The position numbers and the translations under genes are program-made. DNA of 32,000 nt from the NCBI GenBank assembly GCA_045690015.1, contig CP145877.1, forward strand, positions 358,576 to 390,575, given 5' to 3'. Position 1 is the first letter of the stretch; each line of letters begins with the position of its first letter. The stretch is from Candidatus Saccharimonadota bacterium (GTDB lineage: Bacteria > Pseudomonadota > Gammaproteobacteria > Enterobacterales > Enterobacteriaceae). Positions 1 to 10,646 of this stretch are shown piece by piece. The notes under the pieces were generated by a model. The model saw nothing but the letters and a program-made list of their open reading frames with translations. It was not told the DNA's origin and made no database searches.

Positions 1-498
1 GGAGGTATTAGTGAAACGGATGCTAACTTAGCAGCAGCTTCCAAAGCCATTATTATAGGATTTAATGTACGTGCTGATACTTCAGCACGCAAAATAATTG
101 AAAAAGAGAGTTTAGATTTACGTTACTATTCTGTAATTTATAATTTAATTGATGATGTTAAAGAATCTTTATTTGGTAGATTAAAACCCGAATATCAACC
201 TAAAATTATTGGTTTAGCAGAAGTAAGAAGTATATTTAAATCACCTAAATTTGGATCTATAGCAGGGTGTCTGGTAAAAGATGGTATTGTTAAACGTCAT
301 AAACGCATTAGGGTTTTACGTGATAATATTGTTATTTACGAGGGAAAATTAGAATCTCTACGTCATTTTAAGAATGATGTTAATGAAGTTAATAATGGAC
401 TAGAGTGTGGAATTGGAGTAAAAAATTATAATGATATTCGGATTGGCGATTTGATTGAAGTTTTCGAAGAAATGGTAACCCAGGAAAAAACTTCTTAG
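1..498 (+). CDS. infB: Translation initiation factor IF-2, C-terminal fragment (5' end lies outside the window)
   Basis: Frame 1 is open from base 1 to TAG at 496-498. The translation [26 protein letters not shown]...[25 protein letters not shown] matches the conserved IF-2 C-terminal domain. It is followed by rbfA-truB-rpsO-pnp as in the enterobacterial infB operon. Confidence 0.92.
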   Translation, partial: GGISETDANLAAASKAIIIGFNVRADTSARKIIEKESLDLRYYSVIYNLIDDVKESLFGRLKPEYQPKIIGLAEVRSIFKSPKFGSIAGCLVKDGIVKRHKRIRVLRDNIVIYEGKLESLRHFKNDVNEVNNGLECGIGVKNYNDIRIGDLIEVFEEMVTQEKTS

Positions 499-530
499 TT
501 TTTTATTTTTATTAGTAGTAATTTTATATA

Positions 531-911
531 ATGAATGAAACAATACGTTTACCTAGAATAAGTAAAGCATTACACAAAGAAATTGCAATAATTTTGCAGA
601 AAAAAATCCAAGATCCGCGATTAAGATCCATAATTACGGTAAATCATATAGAGATTTCGCGAGATTTTTTATATGCTAAAGTATTCATAACTTTTTTAGA
701 TATCAAAAATAATCCAATAGAGATTAGTAGAAAAATGCAGGTTCTACAAAAGGCATCTGGGTATATTCGAATCTTGCTTGCAAAAAAAATGTGCTTACGT
801 ATTATACCTCAACTTACTTTTATTTATGATTCATTTGTTTATAATGCAGTAGATATGTATGATTTTATTAGTGATGTATTAATAAATAAAGAAAAGCATG
901 AAGGGCATTAA
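531..911 (+). CDS. rbfA: Ribosome-binding factor A
   Basis: 126-aa ORF. KEIAIILQKKIQDPRL...ISRDFLYAKVFITFL...LRIIPQLTFIYD parallels E. coli RbfA (KEIALILQREIKDPRL...YAKVYVTFL...LRIVPELTFFYD). The position between infB and truB is conserved. Confidence 0.93.
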   Translation: MNETIRLPRISKALHKEIAIILQKKIQDPRLRSIITVNHIEISRDFLYAKVFITFLDIKNNPIEISRKMQVLQKASGYIRILLAKKMCLRIIPQLTFIYDSFVYNAVDMYDFISDVLINKEKHEGH

Positions 912-1827
912 TAATCAAGTTAATGGATTTTTATTGTTGGATAAACCTTCGGGTATTTCTTCTAATTTGGCACTGCAAAAAGTAAAAAAGATACTAAAGG
1001 TTAAAAAAGCAGGATATATAGGAACTTTAGATCCTATAGCTACTGGCATGTTGCCAATTTGTTTAGGTAAAGCCACTAAATTTGCACAATATTTAGTAAA
1101 TTCAGATAAACATTATTATGTAAGAGCAAAATTAGGAGAACGTACCGATACTTTAGATTGTCAAGGTAAAATAATTAGTGAAAGTCCGGTAATAAATATC
1201 AGTACTTTCAAATTGAAAGATCTTTTGAAAGATTTTGTAGGAAAAATTAAACAAATACCTCCTATGTATTCTGCAATTAAATTCCATAATCATCCCTTAT
1301 ATCATTATGCACGTAAGGGTATTGTTGTATCACGTAAAGCACGTTATATTATCATTCATAATTTAGAATTGATTGATTTCATAACAAATGAATTGGTACT
1401 TAAAGTACATTGTTCTAAAGGTACATATATTCGTACTCTTATTGATGATTTAGGGGAAAAACTAGGTTGTGGAGCTCATGTTATAGAACTACGAAGGTTG
1501 CAAATAGATTCATATCCTCTCGATAAGATGATCAGCATCGAAAAATTGAGTAAGCTAATAAATCCCAATATGATGATTACTACTGAAGTTAATAATAAAC
1601 TCAATTCTATTTTGACACCAATAGAGAGCTTGGTTTCTAGTTTTCCAGAAATTCATTTGGTGAATGTTACCACAACTAATTTAAAAAAAGGAGTATCAAT
1701 AGATTTAATAATGAAAAGCTCACTCAGTGGTGTAGTACGGGTAACCCAAGGAAAAGAAAAAAAATTGATGGGTATAGCTGAAATTAATAATAAAGGACTT
1801 CTAATTTCTTATCGTTTAGTTTATTAG
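898..1827 (+). CDS. truB: tRNA pseudouridine-55 synthase
   Basis: 309-aa ORF with NGFLLLDKPSGISSN and AGYIGTLDPIATGMLPICLG (catalytic Asp motif), plus CSKGTYIRTLIDDLGEKLGCGAHVIELRR, nearly identical to E. coli TruB. It overlaps the rbfA end by 14 nt. Confidence 0.96.
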   Translation: MKGINNQVNGFLLLDKPSGISSNLALQKVKKILKVKKAGYIGTLDPIATGMLPICLGKATKFAQYLVNSDKHYYVRAKLGERTDTLDCQGKIISESPVINISTFKLKDLLKDFVGKIKQIPPMYSAIKFHNHPLYHYARKGIVVSRKARYIIIHNLELIDFITNELVLKVHCSKGTYIRTLIDDLGEKLGCGAHVIELRRLQIDSYPLDKMISIEKLSKLINPNMMITTEVNNKLNSILTPIESLVSSFPEIHLVNVTTTNLKKGVSIDLIMKSSLSGVVRVTQGKEKKLMGIAEINNKGLLISYRLVY

Positions 1828-1856
1828 AGTATTTCTTATAATGGAGCAAGAATATA

Positions 1857-2123
1857 ATGTCAGTATTTTTTAATAAATCGGAAATCATTGTAAAATACGG
1901 TATTAATCTCAATGATACTGGTTCTACGGAAGTTCAGGTTGCTTTATTGACTAATAGAATAGAACTTTTACGTAAACATTTTACTAATCACAAAAAAGAT
2001 CATCATAGTCGTAGGGGTTTATTACGTATAATCTCAAAAAGAAGAAGTTTATTAAATTACTTAAAACGTAAAAATCTTAGTCGTTATACAAGTTTGATTG
2101 AAGATCTTGAATTACGAAAATAA
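1857..2123 (+). CDS. rpsO: 30S ribosomal protein S15
   Basis: 88-aa [17 protein letters not shown]...[13 protein letters not shown]...LLNYLKRK matches S15. A GGAG Shine-Dalgarno lies about 10 nt upstream. Confidence 0.97.
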   Translation: MSVFFNKSEIIVKYGINLNDTGSTEVQVALLTNRIELLRKHFTNHKKDHHSRRGLLRIISKRRSLLNYLKRKNLSRYTSLIEDLELRK

Positions 2124-2194
2124 AATATATTAATTTCAACCAATCTAATAGTAATTAGATTCATATTATCAAGCTTAAAAATAAGGATTTTATT

Positions 2195-4300
2195 TTGTTT
2201 AATCCAATTATACATAAATTTAAATATGGACAACATACTGTTACTTTTGAAACGGGGATTATTGCTCGACAAGCTACAGCTAGTGTCATAACTAGTATAG
2301 ATGATACTATGGTTTTAGTAACCATAGTAGGAAGTAAAAAAAAATCATCTGTTCATAATTTTTTTCCTATTACTGTTAATTATCAAGAACGTTCTTATGC
2401 AGGTGGTCGTATTCCAGGTAGTTTTTTTAGACGTGAGGGTCGTTCAAGTGAAAATGAAATGCTCATAGCACGTTTAATTGATCGTCCAATTCGTCCCTTG
2501 TTTCCAGAAGGCTTTTTTTATGATATTCAGATCATTGCCACAGTTATTTCTATAGATCCTCGAATTAACCCAGATATTGTAGCCTTGATTGGAAGTTCTG
2601 CAGCACTTAGTCTTTCGGGGATGCCATTTAAAGGTCCAATTGGTGCAGCACGTATAGGATTTATTGGTAATAAATATATTTTGAATCCAACTAGAGACGA
2701 ACTTAAATCTAGTGATTTAGATTTAATTGTAGCTGGTACCAAAAATGCAGTCTTAATGGTAGAAGCAGAAGCAAAATGTCTTAGTGAAGATCAAATACTA
2801 AATGCAATAACGTATGGACATGAACAACAACAAGTAGTAATTAATAATATAAATTTATTAGTTGAATCTGCTGGTAAATCATCTTGGGATTGGATTCCTA
2901 ATGCTATAAATCCCGAATTCTATATAAGAGTTGTATCTCTTTCAGAAAAAGAATTATCTAATGCATATAGCATTATAGATAAAAACACACGTTATGCACA
3001 AATAGATTTAATAAAAGAGGATGTAATCTCTATCCTACAGAAGGAAAATTCATCTATAGATGAAAATGTAATTAATAGCATTTTTTATAGGATTGAGAAA
3101 AAAATTGTGCGAAGTAATTTATTAGAAAAACATACTAGAATTGATGGTCGGAATCCAGATGCTATTCGTAATATAGATGTGCGAACCGGTATTCTTCCAA
3201 GAGTACATGGATCATCTTTATTTACACGAGGAGAAACTCAAGCTCTAGTGACCGTGACTTTAGGTACGGATAGGGATGCACAAAATCTTGATGAATTAAT
3301 AGGAGATCGCACGGATTCTTTTATCTTTCATTATAATTTTCCTCCTTATTCAATTGGAGAAATAGGAATTATAGGACCTCCAAAACGCCGTGAAATTGGT
3401 CATGGTCGTTTAGCTAAACGTGGAATATTGGCAGTTATGCCAAATCATGATGTTTTTCCTTATACCGTACGTATAGTATCTGAAATAACGGAATCTAATG
3501 GGTCTTCTTCTATGGCTTCTGTCTGTGGCGCTTCTTTAGCATTAATGGATGCCGGTGTTCCTATCAAAGCAGCAGTTGCTGGAATTGCCATGGGATTAGT
3601 AAAAGAAGGTAATGATTTTGTAGTTATTTCTGATATTATAGGTGATGAGGATCATTTTGGAGATATGGATTTTAAAGTAGCAGGTACTAATGAGGGTATT
3701 ACAGCTCTACAAATGGATATAAAAATTGAAGGCATTAGCAGTAATATTCTGAAAAATGTATTAAATCAAGCTAAATCTGCTCGTTTACATATATTAAATA
3801 TAATGGAACAAGCTCTTAAATTACCCAGAGTTGATATTTCTAAATATGCACCAAGAATACATATAATAAAAATTGATCCTGAGAAAATTAGAGATGTTAT
3901 AGGAAAAGGTGGATCAGTAATTAGATCTGTAACTGAAGAAACAGGCACTGTTATTGAAATTGAAGATGATGGTACAGTAAAAATTGCATCTATTGATAGC
4001 AAAAAAGCAGAATTAGCTCTTCATCGTATTCAAGAAATTACAGCAGATATTGAAATAGGTAGATTTTATAGTGGAAGAGTGTCTCGTATTGTTGATTTTG
4101 GTGCTTTTATTACTATTATAATTGGTAATAATAAAGGTGGTAAAGAAGGATTAGTACATATTTCTCAAATTTCTGAAAAACGTGTATCAAAAGTAACTGA
4201 TTACTTAAAAATTGGTCAAAGAGTTACTGTAAAAGTACTGAACATTGATGAGCAAGGACGTATTCGTCTTACTATGAAAGGTATTAGTAATAGTAAATAA
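2195..4300 (+). CDS. pnp: Polynucleotide phosphorylase
   Basis: 701-aa ORF starting at TTG (2195-2197), preceded by AAGGA. The N-terminus (M)[30 protein letters not shown] matches E. coli PNPase [21 protein letters not shown], which also uses a UUG start. Two RNase PH-like domains plus KH and S1 regions are present. Confidence 0.97.
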   Translation: MFNPIIHKFKYGQHTVTFETGIIARQATASVITSIDDTMVLVTIVGSKKKSSVHNFFPITVNYQERSYAGGRIPGSFFRREGRSSENEMLIARLIDRPIRPLFPEGFFYDIQIIATVISIDPRINPDIVALIGSSAALSLSGMPFKGPIGAARIGFIGNKYILNPTRDELKSSDLDLIVAGTKNAVLMVEAEAKCLSEDQILNAITYGHEQQQVVINNINLLVESAGKSSWDWIPNAINPEFYIRVVSLSEKELSNAYSIIDKNTRYAQIDLIKEDVISILQKENSSIDENVINSIFYRIEKKIVRSNLLEKHTRIDGRNPDAIRNIDVRTGILPRVHGSSLFTRGETQALVTVTLGTDRDAQNLDELIGDRTDSFIFHYNFPPYSIGEIGIIGPPKRREIGHGRLAKRGILAVMPNHDVFPYTVRIVSEITESNGSSSMASVCGASLALMDAGVPIKAAVAGIAMGLVKEGNDFVVISDIIGDEDHFGDMDFKVAGTNEGITALQMDIKIEGISSNILKNVLNQAKSARLHILNIMEQALKLPRVDISKYAPRIHIIKIDPEKIRDVIGKGGSVIRSVTEETGTVIEIEDDGTVKIASIDSKKAELALHRIQEITADIEIGRFYSGRVSRIVDFGAFITIIIGNNKGGKEGLVHISQISEKRVSKVTDYLKIGQRVTVKVLNIDEQGRIRLTMKGISNSK

Positions 4301-4357
4301 TCTTTCTTTAATAATTAATAGCATATCTAAAATGAAGATCTGGAGTATGTAATATAT

Positions 4358-6094
4358 ATGATAAATTTAGAAAAGAGCTTTGCTGAATTAGGCCTAAAAT
4401 TATCGATTTTAAAATCATTGAAGGTTATGGGTTATATTAAACCTTCTCCAATTCAAGTTAAGTGTATTCCATACTTGCTTCAAGGATATGATGTTTTAGG
4501 TATTGCACAAACGGGCAGTGGAAAAACTGCAGCCTTCATTTTACCATTATTACATAATATTAAAAGTAATTTAAAAATTACCCAAGGTCTTATATTGGTA
4601 CCTACCCGAGAATTAGCAATTCAAGTAGCAGAAGCTTGTATTGATTTTGCGAAATATATTCCTGAAATAAATATCTTAGCTATATATGGAGGACAGTGTT
4701 ATGAAGTTCAATTACATGCCTTACGTAAAGGTCCACAAATTATAGTAGGAACTCCAGGGCGTTTATTAGATCATATAAGAAAGGAAACCTTAAATTTATC
4801 GGGATTACATACTTTTATATTAGATGAAGCAGATGAGATGTTGCGAATGGGATTCATTGAAGATGTAGAAAAAATTATCAATAAAATTCCAGCATGCAAA
4901 CAAATGGCTTTATTCTCAGCCACTATGCCTGAAGCTATTCGTCGAATTACACGAAATTTTATGAAAAAACCGTATGAGGTATGTATTCAGACTAATACAA
5001 CAACGCGTCCTAAAATTATTCAAAGTTATTGGGCTGTTCATGGTGAAAAAAGTCATGGATTACTTCGTTTTTTAGAAACGGAAGATTTTGATGCAGCTTT
5101 AATATTTGTACGCACAAAAAGTGCTACTTTAGAAGTAGCAGAATTTTTAGAACATAGTGGTTATAATAAAATAGCTCCATTAAACGGTGATATGAATCAA
5201 AGATTACGTGAACAAACTTTAGAACGTTTTAAAACTGGAAATGTAGATATTATTATTGCTACAGATATAGCCGCTCGTGGATTAGATGTTGATCGAATTA
5301 GTTTAGTAGTTAATTATGATATTCCTATAGATGTAGATTCTTATATCCATCGTATAGGAAGAACAGGAAGAGCAGGTCGGATTGGTAAGGCCCTTCTTTT
5401 TGTGGAAAATCGAGAACGAAAGTTATTATATAATATTCAACGTCGTATGAAAGTAGAAATTTCAAAAGTCAATTTACCAAGTACACAGATTCTCAGTGAA
5501 CGTCGATTATTAAAATTTGCCCAAAAAGTAAAAAAACAATTTGAAAGTAGTGATTTAGCTCAATATCGTACCTTATTATCAAAAATTCAACCGGAAAAGG
5601 TTTTTGATGCTACAACATTAGCAGCAGTATTATTAAAAATAGCGCAAGAAAGTAATCCATTAATTTTGGCACCAGATCCAATTTTAAATTCACCTCATAG
5701 ATCCTTAAATAGAAAAAAATCTTATACGTTAAACAATGAATTTAAACGTCATAGAATTAATGAAAATATGGATTTATACCGTATTGAGCTAGGACGTGAT
5801 GATGGTATAGGAATTCGAGATATTTTAGAAGCATTTAATAAGAAAATGGAGTTTAAGAAACATAAGATTGGAAACATCAAATTATTTTCTTGTTATTCTA
5901 CTATAGAATTACCTAAAGGTATATCAGAAAAAGTCTTGCAACATTTTACACAGAGCTGTATTTGTAATAAACCATTAAATATAAAATTCATTGGAGATGC
6001 CAACTCACTTTCTACAGGTGTACCAAGCGGAAAAATTATTAAGGTACATCATGTTAATAAAAAATCTCAAGTATCTCGGCGTTTTAATACTTAA
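4358..6094 (+). CDS. deaD: DEAD-box ATP-dependent RNA helicase DeaD/CsdA
   Basis: 578-aa ORF with motifs [31 protein letters not shown] and [10 protein letters not shown]. The N-terminus [26 protein letters not shown] parallels E. coli DeaD. Confidence 0.95.
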   Translation: MINLEKSFAELGLKLSILKSLKVMGYIKPSPIQVKCIPYLLQGYDVLGIAQTGSGKTAAFILPLLHNIKSNLKITQGLILVPTRELAIQVAEACIDFAKYIPEINILAIYGGQCYEVQLHALRKGPQIIVGTPGRLLDHIRKETLNLSGLHTFILDEADEMLRMGFIEDVEKIINKIPACKQMALFSATMPEAIRRITRNFMKKPYEVCIQTNTTTRPKIIQSYWAVHGEKSHGLLRFLETEDFDAALIFVRTKSATLEVAEFLEHSGYNKIAPLNGDMNQRLREQTLERFKTGNVDIIIATDIAARGLDVDRISLVVNYDIPIDVDSYIHRIGRTGRAGRIGKALLFVENRERKLLYNIQRRMKVEISKVNLPSTQILSERRLLKFAQKVKKQFESSDLAQYRTLLSKIQPEKVFDATTLAAVLLKIAQESNPLILAPDPILNSPHRSLNRKKSYTLNNEFKRHRINENMDLYRIELGRDDGIGIRDILEAFNKKMEFKKHKIGNIKLFSCYSTIELPKGISEKVLQHFTQSCICNKPLNIKFIGDANSLSTGVPSGKIIKVHHVNKKSQVSRRFNT

Positions 6095-6104
6095 AAAATT
6101 AATC

Positions 6105-6803
6105 ATGAAAAAGCATCCAATATTAGATACTTCTGCTCATTTAAGGTGGAAAGATTTTTTAGCCATAGAAAAAAAATCTTTTTTAAAGATTTTAAATTTT
6201 CTAATTAATGCTAGAGCAACTGGAAAAATTATTTATCCAGCTCAACATGAGATTTTTAACTGTTTCCGTATAACACAACTAAATAACATTAAGGTTGTAA
6301 TAATGGGACAAGATCCATACTATAAACCTCATCAAGCACATGGATTAGCTTTCTCGGTTCCGGTAGGAATTAAAATTCCTCCCTCATTAATAAATATCTA
6401 TAAAGAATTGAGTAATGACAATGTTGAATTTAATTTTCCTACTCATGGATGCCTAGAAAGTTGGGCACAACAAGGAGTTATGCTATTAAATACAGTTCTT
6501 ACAGTAGAAAAAGATCGACCTTATTCTCATGCAGATTTAGGTTGGGAAAAATTCACGGATAAGGTTATATATGTAATTAATAAATATTGTAAAAATGTAG
6601 CATTTTTACTATGGGGTAAAAATGCTCAAAGCAAAGCGCATTTTATTGATAAAAAGCGTCATTTAATTTTACAAGCAAGTCATCCTTCTCCATTATCAGC
6701 CACTCGTGGTTTTTTTGGTTGTCGGCATTTTTCTAGGACAAATATATGGCTTCAAAAATGTGGCATACAGCCTATAGACTGGACACCACATCTAAAACAA
6801 TAA
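6105..6803 (+). CDS. ung: Uracil-DNA glycosylase
   Basis: The ORF-track entry starts at 5991 inside deaD. Homology begins at ATG 6105 ([19 protein letters not shown]...), giving 232 aa against about 229 aa in E. coli. Motifs [18 protein letters not shown] and HPSPLSA are present. Confidence 0.93.
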   Translation: MKKHPILDTSAHLRWKDFLAIEKKSFLKILNFLINARATGKIIYPAQHEIFNCFRITQLNNIKVVIMGQDPYYKPHQAHGLAFSVPVGIKIPPSLINIYKELSNDNVEFNFPTHGCLESWAQQGVMLLNTVLTVEKDRPYSHADLGWEKFTDKVIYVINKYCKNVAFLLWGKNAQSKAHFIDKKRHLILQASHPSPLSATRGFFGCRHFSRTNIWLQKCGIQPIDWTPHLKQ

Positions 6804-6851
6804 TAGCTAACCTAATTAACCTTAACCATATTTTTTTACTTGGTACTTAGC

Positions 6852-7487
6852 TTATTTAGATACACTCACCATTGCGGGACGTAATAATCTTCCATTAAGG
6901 ATATAACCAGGTTGTATTATTTCTATTACTGTATTTGGTTTGATACTTTCTATTTCTTTTAAAGACATTGCTTGATGTATATCAGGATTAAAAGGAACTT
7001 TTGTTTGTTTGACTACTTGAACTCCATATTTATTCATGGTATCTAAGAGAGATTTTAATGTTAATTCAATTCCTTCAATCATAGCAAATAATCCTGGATT
7101 AGATTTATCTACTATTTGGAGTGCACGTTCCAAATTATCAATTACTGGTAATAATTCACCAATAAATTTCTCTAAAGCAAATTTATAGGTTTTTTCAATT
7201 TCTAGATCTGCGCGACGACGGATATTTTTTAATTCAGCTTGGGTACGTAACATCTGATCACGTTCATTTTTTTGTGCTTCAAGTAGTTGCATTTCAAGCT
7301 TAGCAATTCGCTCATCACGATTATCATCAACAATACTAGCTTTATTTTGATCATTTGAATAATCTAATTTCATGTCATTATTATGTTTGAGCTTATCATC
7401 TTTACATATAAACTCTTTGTCTTGATCTTGATTTTTAATGGTACTTTTATCATTGTGTGTTTGGTGTTGTTTGTCTTGACTACTCAT
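6852..7487 (-). CDS. grpE: Nucleotide exchange factor GrpE
   Basis: The C-terminal two thirds ([44 protein letters not shown]...[11 protein letters not shown]...[13 protein letters not shown]) align to E. coli GrpE. I place the start at ATG 7487 (MSSQDK, as in E. coli MSSKEQ), with GGAG 6 nt upstream, rather than the GTG at 7499 in the ORF track. Confidence 0.93.
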   Translation of the reverse strand: MSSQDKQHQTHNDKSTIKNQDQDKEFICKDDKLKHNNDMKLDYSNDQNKASIVDDNRDERIAKLEMQLLEAQKNERDQMLRTQAELKNIRRRADLEIEKTYKFALEKFIGELLPVIDNLERALQIVDKSNPGLFAMIEGIELTLKSLLDTMNKYGVQVVKQTKVPFNPDIHQAMSLKEIESIKPNTVIEIIQPGYILNGRLLRPAMVSVSK

Positions 7488-7528
7488 GAGATTCTCCACA
7501 TGTGCACATTCATTTGCTAATTAGATTA

Positions 7529-7556
7529 TTATAGGGATGAGGAAAGTAGTTTCAAG
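7529..7556 (-). promoter_or_regulatory. sigma32 (heat-shock) promoter upstream of grpE
   Basis: The minus strand reads CTTGAAA-ctactttcctcat(13 nt)-CCCTATAA, against the commonly quoted E. coli sigma32 consensus CTTGAAA-N13-14-CCCCATNT. It lies about 40 nt upstream of the grpE start. The C-rich -10 stands out in AT-rich spacer DNA. Confidence 0.6.
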
Positions 7557-7605
7557 ACAAGTTGTTATTTGTTAGATATAAATCATGTTTTAAGGAAATC
7601 AGATA

Positions 7606-8484
7606 ATGAAAAAAAAATTTAATCTAATTGGTATGGTTGGGCGTCCACGTAATGTAAATTCATTAATAATACCTAAAATAATCTTACAATGGTTAAAGGC
7701 ACAAGGATATCAGGTTTTAATGGAAAATAATCTAGCTCATAAACTAGATGTTCATAACATAAAAAAAGAAAGCATAGCTAACATCGGTAAACAAGCAGAT
7801 TTAGTAGTAGTCGTTGGAGGTGATGGAAATATGCTTCGAGCGGCACGAGTATTATCTAAATATAATATTAATGTTATTGGTATTAATAGTGGAAACCTAG
7901 GTTTTTTAACTGATCTTACTCCTAAAAACGCTAAATACTACTTGAATGAGGTTTTAAAAGGTAATTTTATTAATGATAATCGTTTTCTACTTGAAGCACA
8001 TATATGTTGCCAACATCAAAAAAAAAATTCTTGTTTAGCAATGAATGAAGTGATTTTTCATGCGGGAAAAGTAGCACATATGTTTGAATTTGAAGTATAT
8101 ATAGATGATAAATTTGCCTTTTCCCAACGTTCAGATGGTTTAATTATTTCTACGCCTACCGGATCTACAGCTTACTCTTTATCTGCGGGAGGAGCTATAT
8201 TAACTCCATCATTAGATGCGATTATTTTAGTTTCCATGTTTCCTCATACTCTTTCTTCGCGTCCGTTAGTTATTAATAGCAGCAGTATCATACGCATACG
8301 TTTACGTTTTTCTGATATGCATATCCATATTAGTTGTGATAGTCAAATCGTTCTATCCGTACATAGAGGTGAAGATGTTGTGATAAAACGTAGTCTATAT
8401 CAACTTAATTTGATTCATCCCATAAAATATAATTATTTTAATCTTTTGAGTAAAAAATTAGGATGGTCAAAAAAGCTTTTTTAA
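7606..8484 (+). CDS. nadK: NAD kinase
   Basis: 292-aa ORF with [52 protein letters not shown] and C-terminal LGWSKKLF, identical to the E. coli NadK ending. It is divergent from grpE as in E. coli. Confidence 0.96.
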   Translation: MKKKFNLIGMVGRPRNVNSLIIPKIILQWLKAQGYQVLMENNLAHKLDVHNIKKESIANIGKQADLVVVVGGDGNMLRAARVLSKYNINVIGINSGNLGFLTDLTPKNAKYYLNEVLKGNFINDNRFLLEAHICCQHQKKNSCLAMNEVIFHAGKVAHMFEFEVYIDDKFAFSQRSDGLIISTPTGSTAYSLSAGGAILTPSLDAIILVSMFPHTLSSRPLVINSSSIIRIRLRFSDMHIHISCDSQIVLSVHRGEDVVIKRSLYQLNLIHPIKYNYFNLLSKKLGWSKKLF

Positions 8485-8552
8485 ACTAATGTTAAGAACT
8501 TAGAAATATTTCTAGTATTGTTTTTTATCATGTGAATGATATATAATCATTT

Positions 8553-9026
8553 ATGAATATGATAAATAAAAAATTACATAGCATTTCTACTAATAAACGT
8601 GCTTATAATGAATATTTAATTGAAGAAGAATTTGAAGCAGGTATTGTCTTAGAAGGTTGGGAAGTAAAATCCGTTCGCTTAGGAAAAATTAATATAACTG
8701 AGAGTTATGTTATATTACGTGATAGAAGTGCTTATTTACTAGGTACTAATTTTCAACCCAGTTGTATGGTATCTACTCATATTATTTGTAATCCTATCCG
8801 TGAGAAGAAATTGTTACTTAAGCAACGAGAATTAAAGCAATTGTATGGAAAAATTAATCGTAAAGGCTATACTGCTATAGCTTTATCTTTATACTGGAAA
8901 AAAATGTGGTGTAAAGTGCGGATTGGAATTGCTAAAGGTAAAATGCAACATGATAAACGTGCTAATATTAAAAATCGCGAATGGCAAATCCATAAAGAAC
9001 GTCTTGTCAAGAACCAGATTCTTTAA
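8553..9026 (+). CDS. smpB: SsrA-binding protein SmpB
   Basis: 157-aa [30 protein letters not shown]...[26 protein letters not shown] parallels E. coli SmpB. It lies directly upstream of tmRNA. Confidence 0.96.
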   Translation: MNMINKKLHSISTNKRAYNEYLIEEEFEAGIVLEGWEVKSVRLGKINITESYVILRDRSAYLLGTNFQPSCMVSTHIICNPIREKKLLLKQRELKQLYGKINRKGYTAIALSLYWKKMWCKVRIGIAKGKMQHDKRANIKNREWQIHKERLVKNQIL

Positions 9027-9054
9027 AAATTGAGAATAGTTAGTTAAATTCATT

Positions 9055-9422
9055 GGGGCTGTTTTTGGATTCGACGTAAATAGCGAAATCTTAGGTGCAT
9101 GTCGAGGGACGGTAGGCCTCGTCAAAAACCGTAATCAATAGTCGCAAATAACGACAATTATGCTTTAGCAGCCTAAAAAACTGTTTTAGAGCCCTCTAAT
9201 TCTCAATTGAAGCTCTAAAGAGGAGAATAAAAAAGAGGTCATTTAAAAAAAGAGCTCGCGTATCTACTAAGCCTAATAGAGATACGTTAAATTAAACAGG
9301 CTAGTTTATTAATAGTGTGTCGGTCCACTATTAAATAAATAAATAAAAAAGACTAGACTAAACATGTAGTGCCAAGGACGTAGAATTTGCGGACGCGGGT
9401 TCGAATCCCGCCAGCTCCACCA
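9055..9422 (+). ncRNA. ssrA: tmRNA (SsrA), 368 nt, with encoded 3' CCA
   Basis: The 5' end GGGGCTGTTTTTGGATTCGACG and the 3' end GGACGCGGGTTCGAATCCCGCCAGCTCCACCA form the tRNA-Ala-like domain. The tag reading frame runs from GCA at 9144 to TAA at 9174-9176 and encodes ANNDNYALAA (E. coli: ANDENYALAA). Confidence 0.97.
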
Positions 9423-9591
9423 AGCAAAAAGTAATATTGTCAATATAAATAATGCATTAATGGCTAATATTTTAATTTTTAGTAAAGATATATTTATTAA
9501 TATTTTAAGTCGATTTATTCTAATAATAGATACTTGGTATAAGTAATTTACTATTCCAACCTGATATAATCAGATCAAGGATCTATTAAAA

Positions 9592-10623
9592 ATGCCAAAT
9601 CAAAATACAGGCTTAAATAATTACATTATTACACCAAAACAGTTAAAGACATCTTATCCATGTGATGAAAAAGTAAAGCTACAAATATATAATTTTCGTA
9701 AAACTATATCTGAAATTATCCAGGGATCTGATGAGCGTTTATTAATAGTATGTGGTCCATGTTCTATTCATGATCCACAGTCAGCAATTGAATATGCAAA
9801 AAAACTGAAAAAATTGTCTGATAAATTAAATAATAAAATATATATTCTAATGCGTGTTTATTTAGAAAAACCACGGACTTCCATAGGTTGGAAAGGATTA
9901 ATTAATGATCCATATCGGGATAATTCTTTTGATATAGAATCAGGATTAAAAATATCACGTCAACTTCTCTTAGAAATTGCAAAGCTAGGAATTCCTATTG
10001 CTACAGAAGCATTGAGTTTTTATATTATACCATATTTGGAAGATTTATTCAGTTGGATGGCAATAGGAGCCAGAACTACAGAATCACAACCTCATCGTGA
10101 AATGGTATCAGGATTATCAATGCCTGTTGGTTTTAAAAATACTACTGATGGTAATTATCATAAAGCGATAAATGCTATAATCACAGCAGCAGTACCACAT
10201 GCTTTCCTAACCATTAATCAATATGGACAAATTAGTTTATTACAAAGTAGTGGAAATAAAAATCTACATGTAATTTTGCGGGGAGGACATCATAATTCAA
10301 ATTATGATTCCGAAAGCATTTTACAATGTGTAGATGCTATGAGAAAAGCTGGATTATGCCCATCGATTATGGTTGATTGTAGTCATGATAATTCAAAAGG
10401 AGATTATCGTGATCAACCAAACGTTGCTAAATCAGTAGTAAACCAACGCAAAAGAGGTAATGCTTTTATTATTGGATTAATGTTAGAAAGTAATTTATAT
10501 GAAGGAAATCAATCATTTGAACTTCCACCTGAAAAAATACATTATGGTGTTTCATTAACTGATGCTTGTATTAGTTGGAGAACGACAGAACTTCTTCTTC
10601 TAGAAATTTATAAAATGTTATAA
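9592..10623 (+). CDS. aroF: 3-deoxy-7-phosphoheptulonate (DAHP) synthase, class I, AroF-like
   Basis: 343-aa ORF. LLIVCGPCSIHDP, EKPRTSIGWKGLINDP, GARTTESQPHREMVSGLSMPVGFKN and IMVDCSHDNSKGDYRDQP resemble the E. coli Tyr-sensitive isozyme AroF (SGLSMPVGFKN, LMVDCSHGNSNKDYRRQP) more than AroG or AroH. It is adjacent to tyrA as in the aroF-tyrA operon. Confidence 0.85.
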   Translation: MPNQNTGLNNYIITPKQLKTSYPCDEKVKLQIYNFRKTISEIIQGSDERLLIVCGPCSIHDPQSAIEYAKKLKKLSDKLNNKIYILMRVYLEKPRTSIGWKGLINDPYRDNSFDIESGLKISRQLLLEIAKLGIPIATEALSFYIIPYLEDLFSWMAIGARTTESQPHREMVSGLSMPVGFKNTTDGNYHKAINAIITAAVPHAFLTINQYGQISLLQSSGNKNLHVILRGGHHNSNYDSESILQCVDAMRKAGLCPSIMVDCSHDNSKGDYRDQPNVAKSVVNQRKRGNAFIIGLMLESNLYEGNQSFELPPEKIHYGVSLTDACISWRTTELLLLEIYKML

Positions 10624-10646
10624 TAATTACAGAAAAGGTTTAACTA

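Noticed and set aside
2084-4002. Antisense ORFs 2084-2272, 2527-2742 and 3766-4002 (62-78 aa) opposite rpsO/pnp
   Set aside because: They lie entirely within, or antisense to, strongly supported conserved genes. Their composition is low-complexity (Ile/Ser/Leu-rich) with no recognisable motif. These are the chance ORFs expected opposite coding sequence.
5991-6104. N-terminal 38-codon extension of the ung ORF overlapping deaD
   Set aside because: The extension has no similarity to Ung, whereas homology begins exactly at ATG 6105, 10 nt after the deaD stop.
8889-9125. 78-aa minus-strand ORF overlapping the smpB 3' end and the tmRNA 5' domain
   Set aside because: It overlaps two well-supported features, and its sequence derives from the antisense strand of the tmRNA acceptor region. 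It is not a gene.
9481-9498. TyrR-box-like sequence AGTAAA-gatata-TTTATT upstream of aroF (consensus TGTAAA-N6-TTTACA), plus the palindrome AGTAATTTACT at 9543-9553
   Set aside because: The outer G/C-specifying positions are not matched, and the rest is an A/T pattern common in this genome. There is no evidence that tyrR exists in such a reduced genome.
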